Source: Candidatus Cloacimonadota bacterium (GTDB taxonomy: Bacteria; Cloacimonadota; Cloacimonadia; G963667145). From it: a stretch of 64,000 nt of DNA. The notes beneath the pieces were generated by a model. It did no database searches. It saw nothing but the letters and a program-made list of their open reading frames with translations, and had not been told where the DNA came from. The stretch is taken from assembly GCA_963676615.1 (NCBI GenBank), contig OY781092.1:1440001-1504000 (forward strand), given 5' to 3'. The position numbers were made by a program, and so were the translations under genes. Below are positions 37,513 through 46,143 of this stretch, piece by piece. Numbering within the stretch: position 1 is the stretch's first letter; each line of letters opens with the position of its first letter.

Positions 37513-38886
37513 ATGGAAGTAATTTTAGCGGGATTTAACTTAGATGTTGGTTTGATCGGTCAACCAAAAAGCCAAAAGAGCACGCCAGAGACGATTTCGG
37601 CGGCGTATGCACGGATAAGTAGAAGCAAAAAAAGCGTCTGCTCGTTGCGAGAAGAGTCGATTTTGGATGTCGAAAAAGCGAAAGCTTCCAACGAAAATAT
37701 CGTCTTTGAAATGGGGCACTCTTCGGTGGCGGAGCACGCCGTTTTCAATTTCGATTTGATTGGCGTTTCGAGGTTTTTGACCGAATATATTCAGCGCAGC
37801 AGGCTGGCTTCTTTTACCGAAAAATCGCAAAGATATGTGACGCTGGACGGAGATTTTTATCTGCCAAAAGAGCTGAAAGATAGCCCGCTGGAGCAAAAAT
37901 TTATCGAGACGATAGAGGCGCAAAATCAGCTGTATTTTGCTTTGTTTGAGCAGGCGAAGCAAAAGCTGGAGCAAGAAAATTTTGCTGGTAGCAAACGGGA
38001 GCGATTTGGCAAGGCGAAAGAGGACGCACGCTATTTTTTGTCGCTGGCGACACAGACGCAGATGGGGATGACGCTTAACGCTAGAAGTTTGCAAAAATTG
38101 CTCGTGCGGTTGGACAAGCTGGATTTGCTGGAGGCAAAGGAGCTCAAAAATCAGCTGGAGCAAAAAGCGAAAAGCGTTGCGCCGTCGCTGATAAGATACA
38201 CGGATGCCGACGATTTCTATAAATTTGCGCCGAAGATAAAGGCGGAAAAAGTGGCTTGCCCTGATTTTCAGGTGAGGCTTTTGCAAAGTCCTGAAAATGC
38301 CGACGATTTGGTGCTGCAAGGTCTGTTTTTGGATGCGGGATTTCCTTTTGAGCAGGCGAAAAATCAAACGGATATTTTGGGAAAAACGCAAAAAGAGCAG
38401 ATTTTTGACGACTTGTTTTCCAAGGCGAAACTTTATTCGGGAATGCCCAGAAGTTTTGAGCTAGCCGATTTTGTTTTTGAGATTTGCTGCTCGGCGTGCT
38501 GTTTTGGGCAGCTAAAGCGGCATAGAATGTCCACGATTTTGAAAGCCGACTATAGCCCAGAGAGCGGAATTGTTGTGCCAGAGCTGATAAAATCGCTTTG
38601 CCAGCAGGACAAAATCGACGAGGTTATTAAAAAAACAGATGAGCTTTTTTGGGAGTTGGAACGATGTAAAAAAGGGCTTGGCAATTATATTTTGACGAAC
38701 GCTCACAAGACGCAGGTCGTTTTTAAGGCGAATTTGCGGGAGCTTTACCATTTTTCACGATTGCGCGCGGACAAACACGCTCAGTGGGAAATTCAGGAGA
38801 TTGCCAAAAAAATCGACGAGTTGATAAAAAAGAAAGCTCCGTTAGCGGGAAAATTTTTGGGAGGAAAAGATGAAGTTTTTGCTTAA
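37513..38886 (+). CDS. thyX: FAD-dependent thymidylate synthase, tandem two-domain form
   Basis: GHSSVAEH, EKSQRY, EDARY, second domain QLKRHR, NLREL, HAQWEI. Confidence 0.9.
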   Translation: MEVILAGFNLDVGLIGQPKSQKSTPETISAAYARISRSKKSVCSLREESILDVEKAKASNENIVFEMGHSSVAEHAVFNFDLIGVSRFLTEYIQRSRLASFTEKSQRYVTLDGDFYLPKELKDSPLEQKFIETIEAQNQLYFALFEQAKQKLEQENFAGSKRERFGKAKEDARYFLSLATQTQMGMTLNARSLQKLLVRLDKLDLLEAKELKNQLEQKAKSVAPSLIRYTDADDFYKFAPKIKAEKVACPDFQVRLLQSPENADDLVLQGLFLDAGFPFEQAKNQTDILGKTQKEQIFDDLFSKAKLYSGMPRSFELADFVFEICCSACCFGQLKRHRMSTILKADYSPESGIVVPELIKSLCQQDKIDEVIKKTDELFWELERCKKGLGNYILTNAHKTQVVFKANLRELYHFSRLRADKHAQWEIQEIAKKIDELIKKKAPLAGKFLGGKDEVFA

Positions 38887-40003
38887 ATTTGGCGTGATTG
38901 CGCTGGTTATTTTTGGATGTGGAAAAAAGGCTGTGCAGGGTAGATATGTGAATATTTCGCAAAATATAAACAGCAACAACAGTATGTTTCAGGCAGATTT
39001 GGGCAGAAAGGGCGACTATTCTGGCGAGTCTTTGCAGAGCTATCCGCCGACGATGGTCAGGTGGCAATATCCCGTGAACAAAGAGATTTACGCCTCGCCC
39101 GTCTATTACGACGGCAAAATTATCGTCAGCGACTACGAAAATTGCGTGATGGCGATTAACTTTCGCTCGGGATTTTGCGACTGGGTTTTTCGCACAAAAC
39201 GGCGCAACTCCGCCAGCGTCGCCGTGGCAAACAACACGGTTTACATCGGCAGTTACGACAAATATTTTTACGCGATAAACGCCTCCAACGGCTCTCTTAT
39301 CTGGAAGTTCAAAACCGACGGCTACATCACCTCATCGGCTGTCGTCTATGGCGGAATCGTCTATTTTGGCAGTTGGGACGGATATTTGTATGCGCTAAAC
39401 TGCAAAGACGGCGAAATGGTGTGGAAGTTGAAATTGGACGGCCGCGTTTACACTTCTCCAGCCATCGACACAAAAAATAATTTGGTGATTTTTGGCGACA
39501 GAAACCTTTATGCAAGTGAGCTGACCACCGGAAAAGTCAAGTGGAAATTCTCGACGCAAGATTACATCGAAACCGCGCCAGTTGTGGACGGAGACTGCGT
39601 TTATATCGGTAGCCGAGACTACAAAGTTTACTGTCTGGACGCAAAAACTGGCGGCGAAAAATGGTCTTACAAAACCGACTATTGGGTGACAGGCTCGCCA
39701 TCGATTTACCAAAACAAGCTCATCGTCGGCTCATACGACGACTACATCTACATTTTGGACAAAACCAGCGGCGACTTTATCGGCAAAATCCACAGCGGCG
39801 GCGACATTCAGCTGCCCACGATGGTCGTCGGTCACTACGCCTACGCTCAGGATGTCAACGGGCATTTCACGGCGGTAAATTTGCGCAGCAACAAGCAGGC
39901 GTGGCGCAGAAAGTTCGCCAACAAAAAATCTTTGCCCCTGATTCACAATGGCAGCCTGATTACCGTAAACGGCGAGTCTATTTTGAGGTTGGACAACAGG
40001 TAA
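38870..40003 (+). CDS. PQQ-type beta-propeller lipoprotein (BamB/AfsK-like repeats)
   Basis: Lipobox IFGC; repeated VYIGS.D...YA.....G...WKF. Confidence 0.85.
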   Translation: MKFLLKFGVIALVIFGCGKKAVQGRYVNISQNINSNNSMFQADLGRKGDYSGESLQSYPPTMVRWQYPVNKEIYASPVYYDGKIIVSDYENCVMAINFRSGFCDWVFRTKRRNSASVAVANNTVYIGSYDKYFYAINASNGSLIWKFKTDGYITSSAVVYGGIVYFGSWDGYLYALNCKDGEMVWKLKLDGRVYTSPAIDTKNNLVIFGDRNLYASELTTGKVKWKFSTQDYIETAPVVDGDCVYIGSRDYKVYCLDAKTGGEKWSYKTDYWVTGSPSIYQNKLIVGSYDDYIYILDKTSGDFIGKIHSGGDIQLPTMVVGHYAYAQDVNGHFTAVNLRSNKQAWRRKFANKKSLPLIHNGSLITVNGESILRLDNR

Positions 40004-40023
40004 TTTTTTTAGATAAAAACAGA

Positions 40024-41262
40024 ATGAGCCTTAGAGTCAAAGGGGTTGCAGAGCGCTCGCCAGCAGAAAAAATCGGAATTGCCAGCGGCGACGAGATTTT
40101 TCGCATAAACGGAAACAAGATAAACAATTTTTTGGATTTGCAATTTTATGGAGCAGACCCAAAAATTTGTGTCGAGTGGAAATCTGCCGACGGAATTTTG
40201 CACAAAAAAGAGCTGGAAATTCAGCAGTCGCTGGGCGTGATTCCAGAGCAACACCGCTGCAGGGAGTGCCGAAATAATTGCGTTTTTTGCTTTGTGCGGC
40301 AGCTGCCAAAAGGGCTACGCCCGACGCTCTATTTGCGTGACGACGATTTTCTTTTTTCGTTTATCTACGGTAATTTTATCACTTTTTCCAACATCACCAG
40401 CGACGATATTCGGCAGATTAAGCAGCAGTTTCTCTCGCCGCTTTATGTTTCGGTGCATGCGCTGGACAAAAATGTTCGCCAAAAAATGCTCAGAGGCGTT
40501 GGCGTTGTTGACATTGAGCCGATTTTGGAGGAGCTTTTTGACAGCGGGATACGGTTTCATTTTCAGATAGTTTTGGTGCCTGGTTACAACGACGGCGATG
40601 TTTTTGCCAAAACTTTGCGCGATTTGCAGAAATTCGAGCCAGAGTCTATCGGCGTTGTGCCAGTGGGGCTTACCGAGCATCGACAAGGTTTGCCGAAATT
40701 GCGTAAGCTCACGCCGCTTGAGGCGAGCCAGGCTATTTCGACGGCGAAAAATTTTGCGGGCGTTTATTGTGCCGACGAGCTGTTTTTGCAGGCTGGTTTG
40801 CCGTTGCCAGATTTGGAATATTATCAAGATTTTCCGCAGCTGGAGAACGGAATTGGTTTGTTGCGAAAGTTGCTTTGTGGCTGGCAGCGACAGCGAGAAG
40901 ATTTCGAAGATTTTGCCAAAGGGCTGGAGGCAGATTTGTTGTTTGTCTGTGGCGAGTCTGCTTTTGAGTTTTTGCGTAAAATAAGTTTGCAAATAAAGAT
41001 TGACACAAAAATTTCGAGCCAAGTGGTAAAGATAAGCAACGATTTTTTTGGCAGGTCGATAACCGTTAGCGGACTTTTGACGGCGGCGGATATTTGCAGT
41101 CAAGCCAATGGCGAAAATAAGGCGGTTTGCCTGTCTTCTGCGGTGTTCAACACGCATGGCATAACGCTGGACGGCGTGAGCAAACAGGAGCTCAAGCGGA
41201 AATTGCGTTGCAAATTTTTGGTGATAATCGACGAAGTTTTTGACTCGTGGGAGGTTTTGTGA
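40024..41262 (+). CDS. PDZ + radical SAM DUF512 family protein
   Basis: SPAEKIGI..GD, CRNNCVFC, LRPTLYLRDDD, VVPVGLT, FPQLENGIG, ITVSGLL. Confidence 0.9.
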   Translation: MSLRVKGVAERSPAEKIGIASGDEIFRINGNKINNFLDLQFYGADPKICVEWKSADGILHKKELEIQQSLGVIPEQHRCRECRNNCVFCFVRQLPKGLRPTLYLRDDDFLFSFIYGNFITFSNITSDDIRQIKQQFLSPLYVSVHALDKNVRQKMLRGVGVVDIEPILEELFDSGIRFHFQIVLVPGYNDGDVFAKTLRDLQKFEPESIGVVPVGLTEHRQGLPKLRKLTPLEASQAISTAKNFAGVYCADELFLQAGLPLPDLEYYQDFPQLENGIGLLRKLLCGWQRQREDFEDFAKGLEADLLFVCGESAFEFLRKISLQIKIDTKISSQVVKISNDFFGRSITVSGLLTAADICSQANGENKAVCLSSAVFNTHGITLDGVSKQELKRKLRCKFLVIIDEVFDSWEVL

Positions 41263-41711
41263 ATAGGCTGAATTGGCACGAATATTTTATGCAGATTACT
41301 CAGGTTGTGGCGCAGCGTTCGACTTGTCTGCGGCGCCAAGTGGGCGCGATTATCGTTCGGAATAAGCAGATTTTGTCCACGGGCTACAACGGTTCGCCCA
41401 AGGGCTTGGAGCATTGCAAAATCAAGGGCTGTTTGCGGCAGGAGCTGCAGATTCCTTCGGGGCAACGGCACGAGATTTGCAGGGCTGTGCACGCCGAGCA
41501 AAATGCGGTGATTCAGGCGGCTGTGAACGGCGTTTCGATTTCGGGAGCGGTGCTTTATTGCACAAATTCGCCGTGCAGCATCTGCGCCAAGATTTTGGTG
41601 AACGCCGAGATTAAGAAAATTTATGTCGCCGACGACTATCAAGACGATTTGGCGAAGCAGATTTTGCAGGAAGCGGGCGTCGAGTTAATTCATTTGAAAT
41701 TAGAGAGTTAG
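41259..41711 (+). CDS. dCMP deaminase (ComEB-like)
   Basis: W.EYFM, RSTCLRRQVGA, TGYNG, HAEQNA, PCSIC. Confidence 0.93.
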   Translation: MNRLNWHEYFMQITQVVAQRSTCLRRQVGAIIVRNKQILSTGYNGSPKGLEHCKIKGCLRQELQIPSGQRHEICRAVHAEQNAVIQAAVNGVSISGAVLYCTNSPCSICAKILVNAEIKKIYVADDYQDDLAKQILQEAGVELIHLKLES

Positions 41712-41719
41712 AGAGTTTT

Positions 41720-42961
41720 ATGGAAGAGTTATTAAAAAAAGCGAAACTTTTGAAAGAGGCGAAAAAATTTTTGGCGAGCTGTGTTTCGGCGGACAAAAAT
41801 CAGGCGCTAGATTTGGTGGCAGATGCTTTGCTGGCGGAATCTGGCGAGATTTTGCAGGCGAACGCAAAAGATGTGGACGCTGCCAAAAAAGCGGGAATGA
41901 GCGCTCCGCTGGTGGATCGGCTGCTTTTGGACGAGCAAAGATTGCGGGAGATTGCCGAGAGTTTGCGGAAAGTGGCGACGCTCAAAGATCCTGTGGGCAA
42001 AATTTACGAAGGCTGGCAGATTGCCAACGGGCTGAAGATTAGCAAGGTGAGCGTGCCGATGGGCGTTTTGGGGATGATTTACGAGTCGCGGCCGAATGTT
42101 ACGGCGGACGCTTTTGCGCTGGCGATTAAGAGTGGAAATGCGATTTTGCTGCGGGGAAGTTCTTCGGCGCTGGAGTCGAACAAGGCGCTGGTGCAGGCGA
42201 TAAAAAAAGGGCTGGCGAAGAGCAAAATTTCGCCGGATGTTGTGCAACTTTTGGAAAGTACCGACCGCAAGCAGGTGGAGCAGATGTTGCAACTGACGGA
42301 GTTTTTGGATTTGATTATCCCGCGTGGCGGCGCAGGCCTTATCAATATGGTCGTGAATAACGCCAAGGTGAAGACGATCGAGACGGGCGTCGGCAACTGC
42401 CACATCTATGTTCACGCATCGGCGGATTTGCAGATGGCGCTGAATATTGTGGAGAACGCCAAAGTGCAGCGCCCAGGGGTTTGTAACGCTTGCGAGAGCG
42501 TTTTGGTGGACGAGGAGATTGCTGGCGATTTTTTGCCGAAATTGGTAGAGCGGCTCTCCGACAGAGTGGAGCTGCGGGGTTGCCCGAAGACGCAAAAGAT
42601 TATCGATTGCAAGCCAGCTGTGGAGAGTGACTGGGGGCAGGAGTTTTTGGATCTGATTTTGGCGGTGAAGGTCGTTGGCGGCGTGTCGCAAGCCATTGAG
42701 CATATAAATAAGTTCGGGAGTTTGCACTCGGAGGCGATTGTCGGCAAAGATTACGATGCGTGCCAGAAATTTCAGGCGGAGGTTGATGCGGCAGCGGTTT
42801 ATGTGAATGCATCGACGAGGTTTACCGACGGATCTGTGTTCGGTTTTGGTTGCGAAATGGGAATCAGCACTCAGAAAATGCACGCCCGTGGACCGATGGG
42901 GCTAGACGAGCTGGTGACCTACAAATACACGATTTCTGGCGATGGTCAGATAAGGGAATAA
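41720..42961 (+). CDS. proA: Glutamate-5-semialdehyde dehydrogenase
   Basis: IYESRPNVT, IPRGG, GNCH, CNACE, NASTRFTDG, ISTQKMHARGPMGL. Confidence 0.97.
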   Translation: MEELLKKAKLLKEAKKFLASCVSADKNQALDLVADALLAESGEILQANAKDVDAAKKAGMSAPLVDRLLLDEQRLREIAESLRKVATLKDPVGKIYEGWQIANGLKISKVSVPMGVLGMIYESRPNVTADAFALAIKSGNAILLRGSSSALESNKALVQAIKKGLAKSKISPDVVQLLESTDRKQVEQMLQLTEFLDLIIPRGGAGLINMVVNNAKVKTIETGVGNCHIYVHASADLQMALNIVENAKVQRPGVCNACESVLVDEEIAGDFLPKLVERLSDRVELRGCPKTQKIIDCKPAVESDWGQEFLDLILAVKVVGGVSQAIEHINKFGSLHSEAIVGKDYDACQKFQAEVDAAAVYVNASTRFTDGSVFGFGCEMGISTQKMHARGPMGLDELVTYKYTISGDGQIRE

Positions 42962-42963
42962 AA

Positions 42964-43731
42964 ATGTTAATGACGAAAATTGTTGAGGTTGCGACCAAAA
43001 TTTCGCAAAAAGAGGGTTATAATGTCGGTTCTTTTTTTGCAGAAGACGAAAATTTGCCAGATCAGACGGCGCAAGATTTACAAAATTTGGCGCAATATAT
43101 TGACCACACGCATCTGGCGCCAGATGCGCAGGAGCGGGAGATAGAGCAGCTTTGCAATCAGGCGCAGGCGAATAATTTTGCCAGCGTTTGCGTCAACTCT
43201 GTGTGGGCGCTGGCGGCGAAAAAGTTCTTGCCGACGGTTCCGCTGTGCTGCGTGGTTGGCTTCCCGTTGGGGGCTTGCACAAGCAAAACCAAGCTGGCGG
43301 AGACGCAAGAGGTGCTGCAGGCGGGCGCCAAAGAGGTGGATATGGTGATAAATGTTGGGGCGCTCAAAGACGAAAAATATGCGCAGGTTTGCGACGAGAT
43401 AGCGCTTTTGGCGATGGAATGCCACAAGTTTGGGGCGAAGCTGAAGGTGATAATCGAGGCGTGTTTGCTCACGCAGGAAGAAAAAATCGCTGCTTGTCTT
43501 TTGTCGAAAAAAGCGGACGCCGATTTTGTCAAAACTTCGACGGGATTTTCTACTGGCGGAGCCACGAGCGAAGATGTGGCGTTGATGCGAGAGGTGGTCG
43601 GCAAAAAAATGGGCGTAAAGGCCTCTGGCGGCATTCGTGATCGGCAAACCGCTCTGGCGATGCTTAGGGCAGGCGCCAACAGAATTGGAGCTTCGGCTGG
43701 GCTGAAGATTTGTAAAAAAGTTGATTTGTAA
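42964..43731 (+). CDS. deoC: Deoxyribose-phosphate aldolase with N-terminal extension
   Basis: YIDHTHL, VGFPLGA, EVDMV, KVIIE, FVKTSTGF, VKASGGIR, RIGAS. Confidence 0.95.
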   Translation: MLMTKIVEVATKISQKEGYNVGSFFAEDENLPDQTAQDLQNLAQYIDHTHLAPDAQEREIEQLCNQAQANNFASVCVNSVWALAAKKFLPTVPLCCVVGFPLGACTSKTKLAETQEVLQAGAKEVDMVINVGALKDEKYAQVCDEIALLAMECHKFGAKLKVIIEACLLTQEEKIAACLLSKKADADFVKTSTGFSTGGATSEDVALMREVVGKKMGVKASGGIRDRQTALAMLRAGANRIGASAGLKICKKVDL

Positions 43732-43761
43732 TGCGAAAATGACGCAGGCAGGAGACCAAAA

Positions 43762-45078
43762 ATGAAAAAGATTGTCAAAGGCGAGATTTTCTTTTTTACG
43801 GACGCTCCTTCTGCAGAAAAAAATCCGCAAGATTTTAGCGTTTATCTGCCGAGCGGGGCGATGTGCATCGAGGACGGCTACATTTTGGAAGTGGGAGACA
43901 GCCGAGAAATCGAGGCGAAATTTCCAGATACGAGGGTAATCGATTACGGCGAAAACCTGATAACACCGGGCTTTATCGACACGCACATTCACTATCCGCA
44001 AACCCAGATGATCGGCTCATACGGCAAACAGCTGATCGACTGGTTGCAAAATTACACTTTCCCGATGGAGAGCCAATTTGCCGATGCGGACTACGCCAAA
44101 AAAATCGCTAAGATTTTTATCAAGGAGCTATTTCGTTACGGGACAACGACTTGTATGTGCTACGCTTCTGTTCATCCGCAGTCGGCACAGGCGATTTTTG
44201 AGGTCGCCTCGCAGTTCAATATGCGGATTATTGCGGGGAAAGTTCTGATGGACTGCAACTGTCCAGAATGTTTGGTGGACAGCAAAAATTACAAGCAGCA
44301 GACGCAGGCTTTGATCGACAGATGGCACGGCAGAGGCAGGGCGCTGTATGCGATAACCCCGCGGTTTGCGCTGTCTTGTTCGCGGGAGCAGCTGGAAGTT
44401 TCGGGGCAGTTGTTGTGCGAAAATCCTGGCGTTTATTTGCAGACGCATCTCTCGGAAAACCAGCTGGAGGTGCAAACTGCTTTGCAGATGTATCCCGAAT
44501 GTGCGGACTATCTGGAGATTTACGAAAAATATGGGCTGCTATCTCGCAGGTCGGTTTTTGCTCACGGAATCTACCTGAGCGACGACGAACTGGGCAGAAT
44601 TGCCGCAGCGGGAGCGACGATAGCGCACTCTCCGACCTCCAACATTTACTTAGGCAGCGGACTTTTTGAGATGGGCAGAGCCAACAAATTTGGCGTGCAG
44701 ACGACGATTGCCACTGATGTGGGAGCTGGCACGAGTTTTTCGCTGCTACGGACGATGAACGAAGCCTACAAAATTCAGCAGCTTGGCGGCTATCCGATGA
44801 ACGCTTACGAGAGTTTTTACAAAACGACGCTCGGCGCCGCCAGAGCCTTGCAGATTGACGATAAAATCGGGTCGCTGCAAAAAGGCAAAGAGGCGGATTT
44901 TGTTGTGCTGAGCTATAAAAAGCCGAATTTGCAGCGGTTGCGAACGGAATATTTGCAAAAACAGGAGAAATGGGATGTGGAAAAAATGTTGTTTGGGTTG
45001 CAGATTTTGGGTGACGACAGGAATGTTTTGGCGACTTATATTATGGGCGAAAAAATCGAGATAGAAGATGAAATTTAA
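43762..45078 (+). CDS. guaD: Guanine deaminase
   Basis: PGFIDTHIHYPQ, WLQNYTFP, ITPRFA, QTHLSEN, LGSG, TDVGAGTS. Confidence 0.95.
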   Translation: MKKIVKGEIFFFTDAPSAEKNPQDFSVYLPSGAMCIEDGYILEVGDSREIEAKFPDTRVIDYGENLITPGFIDTHIHYPQTQMIGSYGKQLIDWLQNYTFPMESQFADADYAKKIAKIFIKELFRYGTTTCMCYASVHPQSAQAIFEVASQFNMRIIAGKVLMDCNCPECLVDSKNYKQQTQALIDRWHGRGRALYAITPRFALSCSREQLEVSGQLLCENPGVYLQTHLSENQLEVQTALQMYPECADYLEIYEKYGLLSRRSVFAHGIYLSDDELGRIAAAGATIAHSPTSNIYLGSGLFEMGRANKFGVQTTIATDVGAGTSFSLLRTMNEAYKIQQLGGYPMNAYESFYKTTLGAARALQIDDKIGSLQKGKEADFVVLSYKKPNLQRLRTEYLQKQEKWDVEKMLFGLQILGDDRNVLATYIMGEKIEIEDEI

Positions 45079-45096
45079 CTTGAAATTGGAGGAAAG

Positions 45097-46071
45097 ATGT
45101 TTTTGACTGGCGATCAGATGAAGAAAGTCATCCTGAAGGCGAGGAAAGAGAAGTTTGGAATTATCGCGTCGAATGTGGTGTTCGACACTTCTGTGCGGGC
45201 GATGATTCAGGGGTATGCCGCGATGGAAGCGGACGGATTGTTGCAGATTTCTGCGGGAGCGTGCAAGTATGCGGCTGGACCGACGAAAGATTTGTTGGCT
45301 GGAGCGAAGTTTATTTCCGATATGGTGAAAAATATCGCCGCACAATACGGCAAGAGTGGCGTGGGTTTGAATATCGATCACGGTGCGCCCAAAGATTTTG
45401 ATTTTATTGTGCATTGCATCGAGAACGGTCTGGTGTCGAATGTGATGATCGACGCTTCGCACGAAGATTTTGAGGAGAATGTGCGAATTACCAAAGAGGT
45501 TGTGGCGGTTGCGCACAAGCATAATGTATTGGTGGAAGGCGAGATAGGCTACATCAAGGGGAACGAGGACGAGCTGGTGAGCGAGGGCGAGCTTTACACA
45601 AATCCGCAAGAGGCGCTGGAGTTTGTGCAAAAGACGGGCGTTGACCTTTTTGCGGCTTCTGTGGGGACGAATCACGGCGTGACCAAAGGCGCAGATGTTG
45701 TTTTGCGGCTGGAGCTTATCAAGGAGATCGACGATCTTTTGGCGGCGAATAATTTGGATGCGGGCTTGGTGCTACACGGTGCTTCGGGACTGACGGTTAA
45801 ACAGCAGCAGGACGCAGTGGCAAACGGCGTGGTCAAGATTAACAAAGACACTCGCTATCAGATGGAAATCGCCGCTGCCGTGCAAGCTTATTGGGAGGCG
45901 GAAAAAGACGCAATCGTTTGTCCTGCGGGCGTCGATGCGAAAAAATACACGCCAGACAAGGGCAGATTTGATCCCAGAAAATGGCTGGTCAAAGGCGAAA
46001 ATGCGATGCAGGCGGCGGTCGAGAGTTTGGTCGAAATCGCAGGAGCAAAGGGCTCTTCAATACTTTTGTAA
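45097..46071 (+). CDS. fba: Class II fructose-bisphosphate aldolase family
   Basis: IDHG, VMIDAS, VEGEIG, GTNHG, LVLHGASG, KINKDT, FDPRKW. Confidence 0.88.
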   Translation: MFLTGDQMKKVILKARKEKFGIIASNVVFDTSVRAMIQGYAAMEADGLLQISAGACKYAAGPTKDLLAGAKFISDMVKNIAAQYGKSGVGLNIDHGAPKDFDFIVHCIENGLVSNVMIDASHEDFEENVRITKEVVAVAHKHNVLVEGEIGYIKGNEDELVSEGELYTNPQEALEFVQKTGVDLFAASVGTNHGVTKGADVVLRLELIKEIDDLLAANNLDAGLVLHGASGLTVKQQQDAVANGVVKINKDTRYQMEIAAAVQAYWEAEKDAIVCPAGVDAKKYTPDKGRFDPRKWLVKGENAMQAAVESLVEIAGAKGSSILL

Positions 46072-46084
46072 GAAAAAAACGAAG

Positions 46085-46118
46085 AAACGAAGGTAAAGAA
46101 ATTTGCCTTCGTTTTGTT
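46085..46118 (+). terminator. Intrinsic terminator after fba
   Basis: AAACGAAGGTAAA-N4-TTTGCCTTCGTTT followed by TGTT. Confidence 0.7.
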
Positions 46119-46143
46119 CATAAAATAAAAGGCTAAAAAAAAG

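Noticed and set aside
38870..40003. Repeats in the PQQ gene as a CRISPR array or DGR template/variable repeat
   Set aside because: They are degenerate in-frame beta-propeller blades; no identical repeats with spacers, cas genes or reverse transcriptase are present.
39661..40023. N-terminal extension of the DUF512 ORF (533-aa call)
   Set aside because: It is an alternate-frame overlap with the PQQ-repeat gene; homology-like sequence starts at ATG 40024.
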